This document shows positions 24,903 through 42,121 of a stretch of 64,000 bases of DNA, piece after piece. This DNA comes from Blastocystis sp. Blastoise. Its lineage: Eukaryota; Protista; Bigyra: Opalinata. The notes under the pieces were generated by a model. It was not told the DNA's origin. It saw only the letters and a list, made by a program, of their open reading frames with translations, and searched no databases. Location: positions 558,001 through 622,000 of the forward strand of contig JBBPEB010000007.1 in the NCBI GenBank assembly GCA_039096225.1, read 5' to 3'. Within the stretch, counting starts at the first letter, position 1, and each line of letters opens with the position of its first letter. A program made the position numbers and the translations under genes.

Positions 24903-27900
24903 TCATTTTTTTGGTATGTAATTATTTTGAAAAGGAGAATTATGTTGAATAGAATCATTATTTGTTTTTTCTTCACGAGATATAAACAAGTCTGAAGTAT
25001 GATTGTTATTATCATCATCTTCTTCATAAATCCTCTTCGCATTATAATTATGAGTATTGATTTCATTCTCTATATGTCGTTTGCTTCCAGTGACTATTGT
25101 TCCGAGAGATTCCTTTGATGATTCATTTAAAACATTCTCTGTAGTATTTAATAATCTTATCGACTCTTTCTCTTTATATGGTTCCAAGAAAGAATCAATG
25201 ATTCTTTCAGGGATGTATGTTTTAGATTCGTTTTGTAGAGTTTTCGACAAACTAGAAATTTTATAATGCAACTGTTGGGATTTAACTAGTTCGTTGTGAT
25301 TCATTAATGGCTCTATATCGTTAGTTATCTCATTCTTTCTTAGATCGATATAGAAGTGTGTCAAATGAGGTAGATAGTCTTTATTCAAATAACTAATAAA
25401 TTGTCTTAAAGCTGCAAGTGACATTTTTCCATCTAAATAACAATAATTATGAATAAAACAAAATGAATGAATGAAAAAAAATAGAGTGAATACATTCTAA
25501 GTTGATCATGGTAAGATGGGTCATTTTCTTTTCTTTAATGGCATCAAGAAGATAATTAATTCCTTCAGAAGGAATAATAGTTTTGGCTATATAAAAATGA
25601 AATTTTAGATTTAGTAATATAAAACATATATATAGAATGGATATTACTTATAATATATATATATTAGAATACAATAATTAGTATCATTTGGATTTGTGAG
25701 AGAGAAACAAGTAGACGGAATGATATGATTAGTAAAGAGACTGACATAATTCTGGAAGTCCTCAGTAGTGAATTTTAAATATGAATAATACAATGAGTTT
25801 AACGATGATAATTGACCTTTTTCTAGATTACAGAAATATCGTGGAACAAAAAAAGATGTATATTCTGGTTTATTGTTTAAATTAACTGTAAAAGAATCAA
25901 AATTAAGATATTGAATATGTTTCATAAGTCCTTGTTTAGCAACAGTCAATAATGCATTATCACATTGATTGTCAAACCCACAGCTTTCAAATGTAAGTTG
26001 TTCCATTGAAGGACAACTAGTGAGGAATAATGCTAGTGTAGAACGAAGACTTTCTGAGTTGAAATATAAATTTGTGAATGTGAGAGTTTTCAAACAAGGC
26101 ATTTTAAGATGAATCGATTGTTTCTGAAGATCTTCAAAAGAGAGTTGGATATATTCTGTTGGTACTTGATTATTGAATGATTCACATTGAATAGTAAGTG
26201 ATTGAAGAGAAGGATAAGAGGAGGAAGAGAGGAAAAGGAGGAGAGAAGGCATGAAAGTAATAGGATCATCACAGTTAAGATCAAGGTTTGTTAGTTTAGT
26301 GAAAGTGAGTGGAGTAAAGAGTTCTATCATATCTTGAATAGTATTGACACTCATGTTTTTTTCTATAAACAGTTGTTTAAGTGTTTTTGAGATTTTGCCA
26401 AATAATGAGAAGAGAGAGTTCCATCGTTCATCTATATAAAATATATAACGTATAGAGGAGATGAAAAGAATTGAAATTACCAAATTGATTCAAATTATTA
26501 AAAAACTTAAATCCTAATAAACCAGCTTTAGATGTTATAGTTAATGTATATATTGGAGGTAAAAGAATTCTTTCGCTAATTGATTGAAATCCAATGAGAT
26601 CATCAAAAATAATGGTAGGAGGAAGTTTGTCTATCATAATATGTTTCCACTCAGGAAAGAGGCCTTTCTTTATGGCTTTAATGCAATCAGATATAAAAAA
26701 ATAGCTGGCACCTATATAATAGATAAGAATAAGTATTCAATATATTATTTTAGAGGTAATATAGACATATACCTTTCAAATTGATTTCTTCAAATAGTTC
26801 TGTACTCTTGGTACAATTGGTTAGTAAATATCCATTACTGATGCCTATAAAGGAAATATCATATAAACAGTGAAATATAGTAATATACATCCTTGAAAAG
26901 AGATCTTTTTCAGGTTTGGGAAACGGTTCTTTTTAAAGAATGAAATAATTCTGGGAATTTGTTTTTCCATGTCAACATCAATGTTAAGATCTATGAAAAA
27001 TAAGTGATTATAGAATTCTGTAAGAGAAAGATTCAAGATGAAAATATAATATATATATGAATACTTAAAAAGGAAAGACTTTCAAGAGAGGGTACAGAGA
27101 GATTTCTCATGAAACATTGCAAAGACTTCATTTTTTCTCGAATTATTTCTAGAAATTTCGATAAAAGAAAAACTATATATTAATATACCTTCAGAGAAAT
27201 GAATGTTTTTGATTGAAGGGTAGAAGTTTTTCTTAAATATTGACATATATTCTGTTAGAGCATCTGTTTCACCTTTATATATATACTAATATGTATTATA
27301 TATATAAATAATATACTATAATTGACTTCTTCAATAGTATCTTTATAGGGATTATTCAAGATCCATTTTACAAAGGGAGGGTCATGCATCTTAAATAGAC
27401 TATATATATATATATAGAATATCTATACATAAACTACATTAATTATATATACATAAAATATATAAATTATATATACATAAACTATATTAATTATATATAT
27501 ATAAACAATATATAATAAATTAAATCAAAATACTTTATTTTGTACATATAATAAGTTTCTATAGAAATATAAGATGAATAATATAAAATAATACATATAT
27601 ACTTGGAACAGTATTTCTATTTTCTTTGAAACTAAAGCAGACATCACGTGTACATAATGTGTCCATTGTATAATAATGAACTATGTAAATAATTGTGTAG
27701 AAAATAATAAATAAATCAATATACATAGGATATCCAGTGAAGGAAGACTGGGAAATATAGTTAAATGGCGAGTATTGACAATAGTTGCTATATCAAGATC
27801 ATAAGTGATTGTAGCTATATATATATATTAGATAGTATAATAATAAATATTAATATATATACATTGAATACAAACAACAACAAAATCAAAAAAAGTTAAA

Positions 27901-28553
27901 TATAGACTCAATTTCTTGAGTTCATTGATCTTTTTCTCATTAAAGTCTCCTAAAGAATAATAAAATGATATATATATAAGTATACTATAAAAATTAATAT
28001 ACCGTTTACAATATATACATATTTATCTTGAGAATTCAAGGTATGAACCATATGGCTGCAGAAAGTACCTGAAGATTTATTAGGATTGCATGAATATATA
28101 GATGGATCATAATTGCGTATAATATCTTTGGATTTATAACAATAATCAACTATAGGTTTACAAAGAGTCTTTGACGTTTCATTAATTTTCCCGTTTCTAT
28201 TAGGAAATAAAGTGAAATAGTCATCTCTCAAAAGAGAAAAATCAATAGAATCATCTAAAGGAGAATCACTGAACTCTTCATTGATAATAGATATCAATAA
28301 ATCTGGATAATGAATAGTAAAATCAACATAGATTTCGTTCTCCGTATTTTCTTTATTTGTTTTTATAAATTCATTTAAGATGCATTCAGGATATCTCTCT
28401 AAAAATTCTAGTGATATCAAACAAGTATTCTCTTCTTGAAAACGACACAAATCTATGAAATCAATAGAAATTGATGATAATTATAACTAATATACATTTA
28501 GATTTAATTTCTAAATTATTCGATTGACTATCAATATTAACAGAATTATTCAT
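24903..28553 (-). CDS. Lineage-expanded protein with BTB-like N-terminus and degenerate LRRs
   Basis: YLCRFQEENTCLISLEFLERYPEC N-terminus; repeated FPNLKKISF, YPSLQSLTI, MPCLKTLTF and LPHLTHFYI motifs; GT-AG introns; first two intron positions shared with the 57974 gene. Confidence 0.6.
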
Positions 28554-28876
28554 TATGGATTTAAAAGATGTCTAGTAAAGATTAAGTGAATTCTGATTAG
28601 AATAAAGCTACTTGATGATACATACTATTGAAAATCAATTAAAATGAATCGTATTCCTGCAAATAACAATAAATTATATATAGATTCATTGAAGTAAGAA
28701 TAAAGTTAAAACTTGCTTTTTATAGAAAAATTGACTTTTTAAAACTTATTTCTTAATTATTCTTAAGGTATAAAAATAAATGTTATATGATTGTAAAAAT
28801 TAGTATATAAATATCATTTGAGATACTCTTTATGTAATTTGTATATCCTAGATGTTTTTAGAAGAAAAATGGGAGA

Positions 28877-31050
28877 CACTGGTAGGCATTTTTCATGGGA
28901 CTAAAAATAAGACAAACTAGAAATTGTTGCTAAATAATTTTAAGACACTTTTCAGTCATAGCGAATAGAGTAGCCAAAAAATAGGTTATTTTTGTCGGAT
29001 ATAATCTGTCTTTTTCATTCGTTCAGAATTCTTTTAGAAACGTCATTTTTTATTTATTTATCGTTGTGTGAATGATAATAAAAATATATATAACAAAAGA
29101 CAATAGATAATAATAAAAAAATAATAACAATAATAAAGATAATAAAATAATAATTATTTATAATATTTTTGAGTAATTTGATATCATTTTGGATCACTAT
29201 ATATACATAAATGATAGAAATGATAATAATATAGATAACATATAAATATATACCTTTATATATCACTTGTAGAATACCCCTTGAAGAAAAACCACAACTA
29301 TAAAAATATAATTTATAAAAATAAATATATTATAATAATATACCTTCAACCACCAAACAGACTAGACCAAGAGAAACCTCATGAAGGACCTAGAACCTAT
29401 ATAAAAATAAAAGTAGTTAATTTTAAAAAAATAAAATATAATAAAATACCTTCAAAACCAGGGAGTTGTTGACCAAGGAGACCGACAACAACACCTGAAC
29501 CTATAGAAGATGATAATAATAATAACAAAGAGAATGCTAAAAATATATACCTTTAATAGCACAAAATTTCTAGTTACATAGACCCCACAACTCATTGTTT
29601 AACTTTAAAGAAGAAGACCAATTAGGACCTATTTGAATCTATTTGGATAGATCATGAAGACTATAAAGTTTAAGGCAAATAAAAAATATTATATACATCT
29701 TATAATATATAAAATATATCTGAAAAATAAATAAAAATAAAAATAAATATGTGAAAATATTAAATCTTAAAAATAAAGAGAAATTCCCCCTTATAAAATC
29801 TTTTTTTCTATAATAAAAGTCTGTATAAATTCGCTGTTTCCAGGGGTTTAAACATTTTAAAAATTTCCCTTTTTCTCTTTTATAAAGTCTATTTGAATGT
29901 AAAAATGATTTTTAAATGTATTATGTGTTTATGAACCTAAATTATTTTATTTCAACATGTTTCCAGACTTATTAGAAAAAAAATGTTGCTATTTTGACAC
30001 ATTATAATTCTAATTCAAAATATTTATCAGTTATATTATATCATAATATTTAATTTATAGAGTAAAGAGTATGAAGAATAAAAGAATATATTTAATATAA
30101 TTATTTATTAATATAAGAATTATAATTTATTAACTTTTATTTTAAATATGTTTTATTAAAACGAATTATCGAATATTATAAGTGACTGAATAAAATTATT
30201 TTTTTGAAAGGTCATTAAGTTGCTTTAGACATAATAAAGAATGTAATTTATTAAAATATAAAGTAGATTCATATTTTATCTCTTTCTTTCTATTATTTTA
30301 AAAGAATTCTATAAATATTATTATTGTTAAATACCACAAAACAAAAGGAATAATATATAAATAATTAAAACATAAAAAAAATAGATAAAATAGATAATAT
30401 ATAGTATATATAGTAATATATCATTATTATATGAATATATATAAAACTTCTTTCTATCCTATATATACATGATTTTTAAACTATATATAATTTAAATATA
30501 TATATATATATATATATTGATATAGTATTATAAATGTATATATACATTGGAGAGTTATCATTTTTTAAATATACAAAATAAATTATTCAAAAGTCTATAT
30601 AATAATAATAATAAAATAATAATAGTATATATACATATATATATATACAATACATCATAACCATGTTCTCATAATCATGGTTATCAATAAGGGAAATAAA
30701 ACACGGGTATTAAAGGAGGTATATAGTTGTATATATATTTGATATGTTGAATTTATAATAGATAATGATTATTTTTCTGTAGTATGTATGGAATTGTGAT
30801 ACATATATATAATATAAATTGAGAAATTCTCACGAATAAGTATTTCCCGTGATTATTGACCATAAAGACACACACCACTGTAGGAGGGAAGATAAACTAT
30901 GGGATAACAGGAGAACAGTATATAACCACGGGAATAATTAGGTATATCTAAAAATATAGATATTGAATATTATATATATACCCAGTATATTTAATAAGAT
31001 AATCATGTGACGTTAGAAGTTGATAGAGAGATTCATATATCTATAGATTC

Positions 31051-31089
<39 letters not shown>

Positions 31090-32374
31090 TATATATATAT
31101 ATATATATACAAAATTATCTAGTATATTCACATCATATCTTTCTTCTTTATTCGTGGTTTTCAGTCGATTACGAAGAAGAGAATATACATATTGAACACC
31201 AATAGCTATATATATACAGAACCATATAATAATAAGAGAAACATAACAATATATAAAAAATATATATAATAAAACCATAATAAATATAATAAATATAAAA
31301 CATACAATGATCTTTTTCTTCTTCTTCTTCTCGCTTTCCTATATACCTAAACATATCTATCATTTCTTTTTCTTTCTTCTTTCCTGTTTCTTCTTCACCT
31401 TCAATTTCAACCGTATTCAGTATATGACTTAATCCATAAATCAGTTCTCGAATATATTTCTTTTACTCCTTCTCCTCTTTCTTTCTCTTCATATGTATTC
31501 ATTAATCCTATTTCTTCTTCTTCATGTACTTCCATATCATCATCATCCATTAAATCATTTCCTGTATCTTTATATGCACCTGTGAAATAATTAGTAGTAG
31601 GAGGAGGAGGAAAAGGAGGACTATAGACTTCTTTTAAACTATTATGACTCATAAAAAAGGAAATAGAATAAATATCAATCTTTTTAATGTATGTAACTGA
31701 GGAGGTATATAAGAAGAAGGACAACGAGCTATTTGTATAATTTCTTCTATTCTTGTTAATAAGGTATATATCATATCTTGAGGAATATAATTCAATTCAT
31801 ATATATATAGACTTACTAATATTGTTTCTCTTCTTTGTATTATATATAATAATATGATATAATATTATAAGTAAGAAACGAGATAGTACAGTATATGAAT
31901 TGAAATGGATTTCAAAGGAAGGTTTAAAAGCATAATAAACTGAAGAATAATTTAAAACACTTATATAAATATATTGCATTCTTTAACCATGTTGTTAAGA
32001 AGTCTATAATAATATACAATAATAATATATAATAATAATAAAATATATATATATAATAAAATATATATATATATATATATATATATACAGCTCTCCGATT
32101 TATAAAGTGGAATCAATGAGAATATCACGTGCTTTTCTTCATTTGATTCGGGAGTACAAATACATCCTTAACGGAAAATATACTCACCAACTGTTTTCTA
32201 TAATAATAATAAGAATGTTATTATAATACATAATATATACAATAGAATTTCGAATAGAATCAGGAATAGGTTGTGATTCAGGGATGTCATTTATATATAT
32301 AACTAACAATTTTACTTAATACTTTAATACTCTATAAATAATATGAATATAAGTATATATATATATGTATAATT

Positions 32375-32405
<31 letters not shown>

Positions 32406-33984
32406 AGTATATATAAATATATACTTGTTCTGTACATATATCAACACTTGTATTTAATAATAAACTTTGTAAATATTCACGTTCTATACATAATAATAAG
32501 TATAATTCTATATACATATATATATACGTTGATTAGGGAAGAGAGGGAGTAATTGACATATAATGGTAGTTGCTTGAATGGATTCACATATACGGTTATT
32601 ATGAGCAGCTTCATAAAATATATCAATATCCTTATTTGTTAACTATATATATAAGAATAAGAATATGTATATATATAATAATAAGAATAGAATAATAAGT
32701 GAATACAGGGATAACAGTGCATATATATTGAAGAAGAGAGAGAGACAATCGTAACGTTTCTGTATTTAAATACTGTCGGAATAACACATCTAATATATCC
32801 TATATATAATAAGTATATATATATAATTATAAGTAATATGTATATATAGTTATATATACTCTGTCTCGTATGTATTGAACAAGTGATTTATAAATAGTGA
32901 ATTTCTTTACCGTTTGAAGATCATTAAATAATGTAGTTAAATTCGTTATTCCCTATATATATATATATATATATAATTATTATTATATACATCAATTTCA
33001 TTTTTCATGTTTGATCTCATCAACTTATATATATATATATATATTAATATATAATTTTTGATAATCATAAGGTTCTTGATAACTATATATATATATATAT
33101 ATTAATAATATAATAAATCATAATTACATTTTTCGTTTTTCAGCAATTTTCAGTGTATTTGTATATTCATCAACATCAATTTGGCGGGGAAAATCACTTG
33201 GTAAAAATTTTAATAAACTATATATATATATATAATAAATATACCCAAATATATATATACATTTCATTACAAATAGTAACAAGTGAAGGAAGAGAAGTAA
33301 GTATATAAATATATATGCTTAATTTATACATAGAGAATAAGTATTCAAACTATATATATAATAATAATAATAATAACATATATATAAATATATATATATA
33401 TACATCTTTTCCAAAGTCGATATCTGCCCATAATGATTGTAATACATTCATATATTCATATAAAGAGGTTTCAATAGCTTTATATAAAGAACTATAGGGT
33501 TTACAATAATATCGTTTATCTGTATATTCCTCGACAAATGATTTGAGTTCCGTACTGAGAATGGGGTCCGTTGGAGGGGGATTGAGGGGAGTCACGAGAC
33601 GATCACGTGCTGGAATTTCTTTTAGAATCGTATATGAACCTTGAGATAAATCAAAACTATATATAGGGTTGAATATAAATATAATAGAATATAATATATA
33701 TGTATACATAAATGCTCTATTATCACTATTTCGTAGTGAATATGTATATTTATCAGAAATGGGGGAGTAAGAAAGATCTATTATGGTATAAATCCTATAT
33801 AATATATATAATATATATATATAATATATATACTGTTTGTCCTGATGATAATAAATAAGTAAATTCTTATCATGAGATGTATTGGTTAGTACAAGTGACG
33901 CATCTAGATGACGCTCCAGGTAAGGAAATGGCTCTACTCTATAATAATATATAATATATAATATATGTATAATAATAAATAACA

Positions 33985-34020
<36 letters not shown>

Positions 34021-34151
34021 CAACTTGAATATCTTCTAATCCATAAAAATCTGCTTGTGTATATCCATCTTAATAAACTCTGTATATATTCTTATATATA
34101 CCTCTCTCTTCAAAGAAATCAAGCACTATTCCCGTGATTCTAAAGATATTT

Positions 34152-34190
<39 letters not shown>

Positions 34191-35729
34191 GTATAATTAT
34201 CATTAACATGAATAGACATATAGAGACCAATATCCTTTGTAAAATCAGTCTTTTTAATTTTTAAAGAACACACCAGCAACCTAATTCACCAATGGCAACT
34301 AAAAAGCACCTTCCTATATAATATAATATATAATAAACATATACTAAAAATAGAGTAAATTAAAAAAAGAATAAAAGAATATTGTAACATAGGAAAAGAG
34401 AAAAAAGAAAAATATCTAAATGCAAAGAAAAAAAAATATATATAATTATATACCTTCTAGACTTTGTTAATTGATTATTTGAAGTACCGACAAGACCTAA
34501 TAAACAACCTAAAAAAATTAAAAATAAACAAATGTAATAAAATACCTTATAAGAAAAAACCCAACAAGTACACATGATGAACCACTTTGAAACCGACCTG
34601 GGAGAATATCTGTCAGGAAAAGGATTTACACAATGGAAAACTAAAAAGAATTATGAAAAAAAGTAGAAAATATCTAATAAATACATACTTATAAAGTATA
34701 TACCTGCTTTAAAAAGTTCTTAAATATGTATAAAAATGTCTATATATGTTTGGTTATAATAATTTAACAATAAAGATGAATTCATTAATATAATGAAATT
34801 TGTTAGTCAAATACTAAAAATTTTCGTAAAAATAGCTTTTATTATTTTTTAAATTTTTTTATGACTCACTACTAAAATTACAAGTATTAGCACGTCATGC
34901 ACTGCACTACTGACATAAAAGTTTTGTATCCCACAACTTCCAGCTTTTAAAAAATAACTCATTTTTGTTGACTCTCTGATCTGTTGACTAACTCGTCTAG
35001 AAACTATTGATTTTGACTTAAGATGTTTGCACGTTACATAATTAACTCTAAAAATGACTTAAAAAAAGACTTTTAGTTGATTCTGAAAAAAAACTCTTTA
35101 TTTATAAGCTTTGACATACTTTGTGTATGCGGAACTTTAAGTCATAATAAAATCAAATGAAAAAACTCTTCCAAAACACTTATATCCTCTTATATACAAT
35201 AAAATATAAATAGACTCAGTTTTGAACAAGAAAAATATTCCCGTAAATATTTTAAAAATTCAAAACTCTGGTCTGACTGCCCATGGAACAAATAGGCTCG
35301 GTTCAATTTTTCAGTGTAAAAAAAATATAAATTTTTGACTTTTTGGCTGAATTTTGGTTCTGAGCCATGGAGGTCAGCTTATTCACTTTTAATCATATAT
35401 GTGACTCTGAGATGGTCTTCACTTTAAACACAACTATAAAATATTTTAAAATATTGACCCCATTATTTGTCGGAATTGCGACTTTAAAATAAAGAAAAAC
35501 GTTTTGGATATTGTGTGACCCTCAATAAACAAAAAATAATGTCAATTCTTTATTAAAATATGTCTAATAGGGTTTTTAAAGTCTAATAAAACGTCGTCTT
35601 AAAATTTTTGTGAAAATTTTCATTCTTTTGCCTAAGTCTTTTTTTTATTCAAATTTTATTGGCTGAATAAGTTCTGAACGAAAATTAGCCAATCAAAAAC
35701 CTTCAAAAACTCAAAAGTGCCTACCAGTG
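28877..35729. mobile_element. Non-autonomous CACTA/EnSpm-like element (6,853 bp) carrying a gene fragment (Pack-type)
   Basis: TIR CACTGGTAGGCA(T/C)TTTT at 28877-28893 and 35713-35729 (16/17 match), flanked by direct AGA at 28874-28876 and 35730-35732. No transposase motif recognised inside. Confidence 0.75.
30420..34219 (-). pseudogene. Decayed multi-exon gene of unknown function inside the CACTG element (3' end approximate)
   Basis: More than 15 exon-like blocks with host-style GTATAT/ATATAG introns. In-frame TAA at 34070-34072, frame breaks near 33330 and 31460, and a TT donor at 33054. Confidence 0.6.
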
Positions 35730-36739
35730 AGATTTGTTTTTTTAATGATGTATCATCTGTCTAAGAATAAAATTCTAATATATATATATATCTATATGTT
35801 AGATTAGGTTTCAAAAAACACAAAAATTATTAAACAAAAAACAGTATTTAAATTAATCAATTGATTTCTTGTAGTATTGAATATGAAAATATAGTTTATT
35901 TATAATTAATTGAATATTGATACTTTCACATAATTCTAATAAATAAAAAAACAACATAGAGAAGTAAAGAGGTTAAATAAAATAAAAATATTAGATAGTA
36001 TGGATGGAATAATAAATATAAAAAGGAGATACTAACAAATTCAAAGAAATATAAAAGTGAATAATATAAAAAAATAATTAATAAAAGTATTTGTTATATA
36101 TTCAATGAATCTTGAAGAATAGCATTCTTTGAATACAATTATGCATGTTAAACGTATTGGATATGACACTATATATTTATAAAAATATATATTTTATGAT
36201 AGTTATGTGTTTCTATTAACAATTTATATTTTTTAATTTTTATAAAGTTTTTTATTCTAATATATCATCTATGTATAAAACCATTGTTTATTTTTTATTA
36301 TGTATTATAAAAAAGTAAATTATTATATACTACTATATATCTAGTCATATGAATTAGCTTATATAACAAACATTTTTATATACTATTATTAAATATGTTC
36401 TTGAAAAAATGTAGGGTATCAATGTAATTAAAACTTTTTTATCTAAAGAATTATATAGATACATTGTATCTAATGGCTATAAATAGAAATAGAAATGACA
36501 AAACTAGTGATTGATGTATATATAAATATAAATAAAAAAAAATTAAAAATAAGTTGTTACAAAGAGGATGAAAATGAGTTCATATAATAAAAATAGTATA
36601 ACTGATACAATTATAATACACTGACTATTAAGATTTGATAATGAGATATATAGTTATAAGAATATATAATATAGTGCAAGAAAGAAATAAGAAAGAGAAC
36701 TAACAGCTATAGAATGTTAAAACAAAATAAATTTTACGT

Positions 36740-39325
<2,586 letters not shown>

Positions 39326-40277
39326 TTTAGAGTATACAGTATAAAAAAAATGATTTCATCAAAATTAAAAACAATTCAAAACACCCTAACGAAAAAGTCT
39401 TGTATTTGATTTGTTTTTTTTAATGTTTTTTGTTTTTTTCTTTCGATATATGATAAATTCCATTCAAATTATGATCAGATTGAAAATATATCATGATCCA
39501 TATTCATTTATCATCAATGAAATAAAATAAGATAAAATAAAATACATATTTAGCAACTTTTCTTTTCATTTTGCTTTTAATTTAATACATTAAAGTCTAT
39601 CTGAAGTATCACAGAATAATATAAATATTAGAATAAATATAATGCGTATATTTTATTTTTTTGGAGAAGACCATTGTCTATAATGTATTTATTATAAAAC
39701 AGAATGAACGATAGGAACACGTACAAATAGATATATGGTGTTAGATACTTTTTGAATAATAATTAATTAGTTTAGAAGAAAATGAGTGTTATTTGTTGTG
39801 TTGATGAAATTATGTTTGGAATACTCAAGCATTTATATGACTTCATAATGAAATTTCAGTGTATCTATCTGTAATTTTGCTTATAATGACATGAATAATA
39901 CAATATACAGTTATTTTCGTGTTAAAAGCATTTACAATAGTTATTCATAAGGAATTATTTATTCTACAATTCTATTGAGTATTTATATTATATAATTAGA
40001 TGTTTACTAATAAAAATTTTCAATTTAATGAAATGAAAAATGGGATTCTAAAAAAAATAAAATTAGCCTAATAGAGATATTATAGTTATAGAAAAGATCT
40101 ATGAATATTAAGTAGTATCAATTTTATAGAATTAAGAACTTCTAGATAAAATAGATCATTATGACACAATAGTCAACAGTTCACTGTTTTTCTGGTTTTT
40201 AACATGGGAATTTCTGTTATTTGTTTTCTGTTTTAAAAATACTTTTTCTTTTTGCTTTGTGGCACGATTTAATTCTT

Positions 40278-41704
40278 ATGCGCTTCATCTATTTTCTTTT
40301 TATCTATTTTTTACTATTCGCAGCTTATGCGGTATATTAAATATACTATTTATTTTACTATTGTAATAGAAAAGAATATCTGTTGTGATTCATACACAAG
40401 CAGATAGTGAACCAGTGGAACGATATTTACAGAAAGAAGTTACAAAAGTGATGAGTGATGAGTATATTCTATTTCTGATTTTTTTTACAATTCTTTTTTT
40501 GAATATAGTGCGTTAGTTAAGGCTATTGATATTCAATTGATTCCATTTGGTACTTGTGAATATTATGAAAAGAAGAAAATGGGTAAATGTCCAGTTAAAA
40601 CTGAATTAAAAGCTATTTTATGGCAGTGGTGTGCTATTACTAAATATGGTGTTGCTCAGTCATTTCCATTTTATAAGTGTATTCAAGAGTAAATATCTGC
40701 AATTATTCTTTGAAATTAATTCTATATTTTATATATGATTATTTGATATTCTATTAATTTTGTATTTTTTTAAAATTTAAAAATATTTTTATTATTTTTT
40801 AAAAATTCTTTTGAATTCTATAGACATAATCGTGATAAATTATTATGGACATGGGGATTCAAATGCTCTTTCAACAGTAATTTTGATTTCAAAGGTTATA
40901 TGAAACCATGTGTTGCTCGAGGAATGGAAGTATATATATGTTTATTTATTCTGTTAGTTGTAAATTTGTTAATAATAATAAATATAAATATAATAGATAT
41001 AAATATAATAAATAAAATATAATAATAAATAAAATATATAATAAATAAAATATAATAATAAATATAAATATAATAGATATAAATTATATTTTATAATAAA
41101 TATACTAAATATACTAAATATACTAAATATACTAAATAGGTTATGGAAGAGATTTACAATGCGAAGAAAGCTAGTTATCCTCGTCATATTAAGGAGACCC
41201 CTTTAGTATTAATAGAAGATGAAGTATGTCCTGATGGCTGTCCCAACCTAAAGAAACAAATATGTGATCATTTCCCTAAAGATGACAAACCTAAAGTATA
41301 TATCTATTATTCATATTATATATATTATATATATATTTATTCTATTCTATATTTAGAGTTGTAGCAAGTCTTCTTTATCCAGTAATTCTAATGTATATAT
41401 ATATATATGTATATAATTAAATAATCTATGTTTATATATCATATTTCTTTGTTTATTATAGTCTGAAGAAGATGTTCCTGCTATTCCTGCTGCTGAAAGT
41501 ACAGATTCAGCTCAATCCAGTTCTCAACTGACTACTCTTCCTCCACGACTTATTGTCGAAGATAAATATCGTGTATATTCTATGCTTATTTTCCTTATAT
41601 ATATATATATATAGACTAAAGTACAAGTATTCTACTCTTCTTTTGGTAATGAAATTATTCCATTTCTTAATGTTATAACGGGTAATTATCTCAGTAATAA
41701 TGAG

Positions 41705-41758
<54 letters not shown>

Positions 41759-42087
41759 TAATATATATAATATATATAATATTATGACTTCATTATATAT
41801 TCTCTATTTTCTTGTTTATCTATAAAGACTTGAGCCCTATGTAGATTTTGATCTTATTCCATTTGGTTTAATGACTATTACAGACAACGAAATGACTTGT
41901 CCTGGAGGAAATAAAGAATGTAATAATAATCAACTACTTGTATGTATTAAATCACTTTATGATGACCCTCGACTCTATATACCTACCATGCTATGTCTTC
42001 AAACGTATATACATTTTATATATTATTATTATTATTATTAACATAATAATTCTCATATACTTACTCTAAATATGAATATTAAATGTG

Positions 42088-42121
<34 letters not shown>

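Noticed and set aside
27173-27188. Possible 16-nt ultrashort intron
   Set aside because: A downstream AG gives an in-frame 40-nt intron with a pyrimidine tract, which is more plausible.
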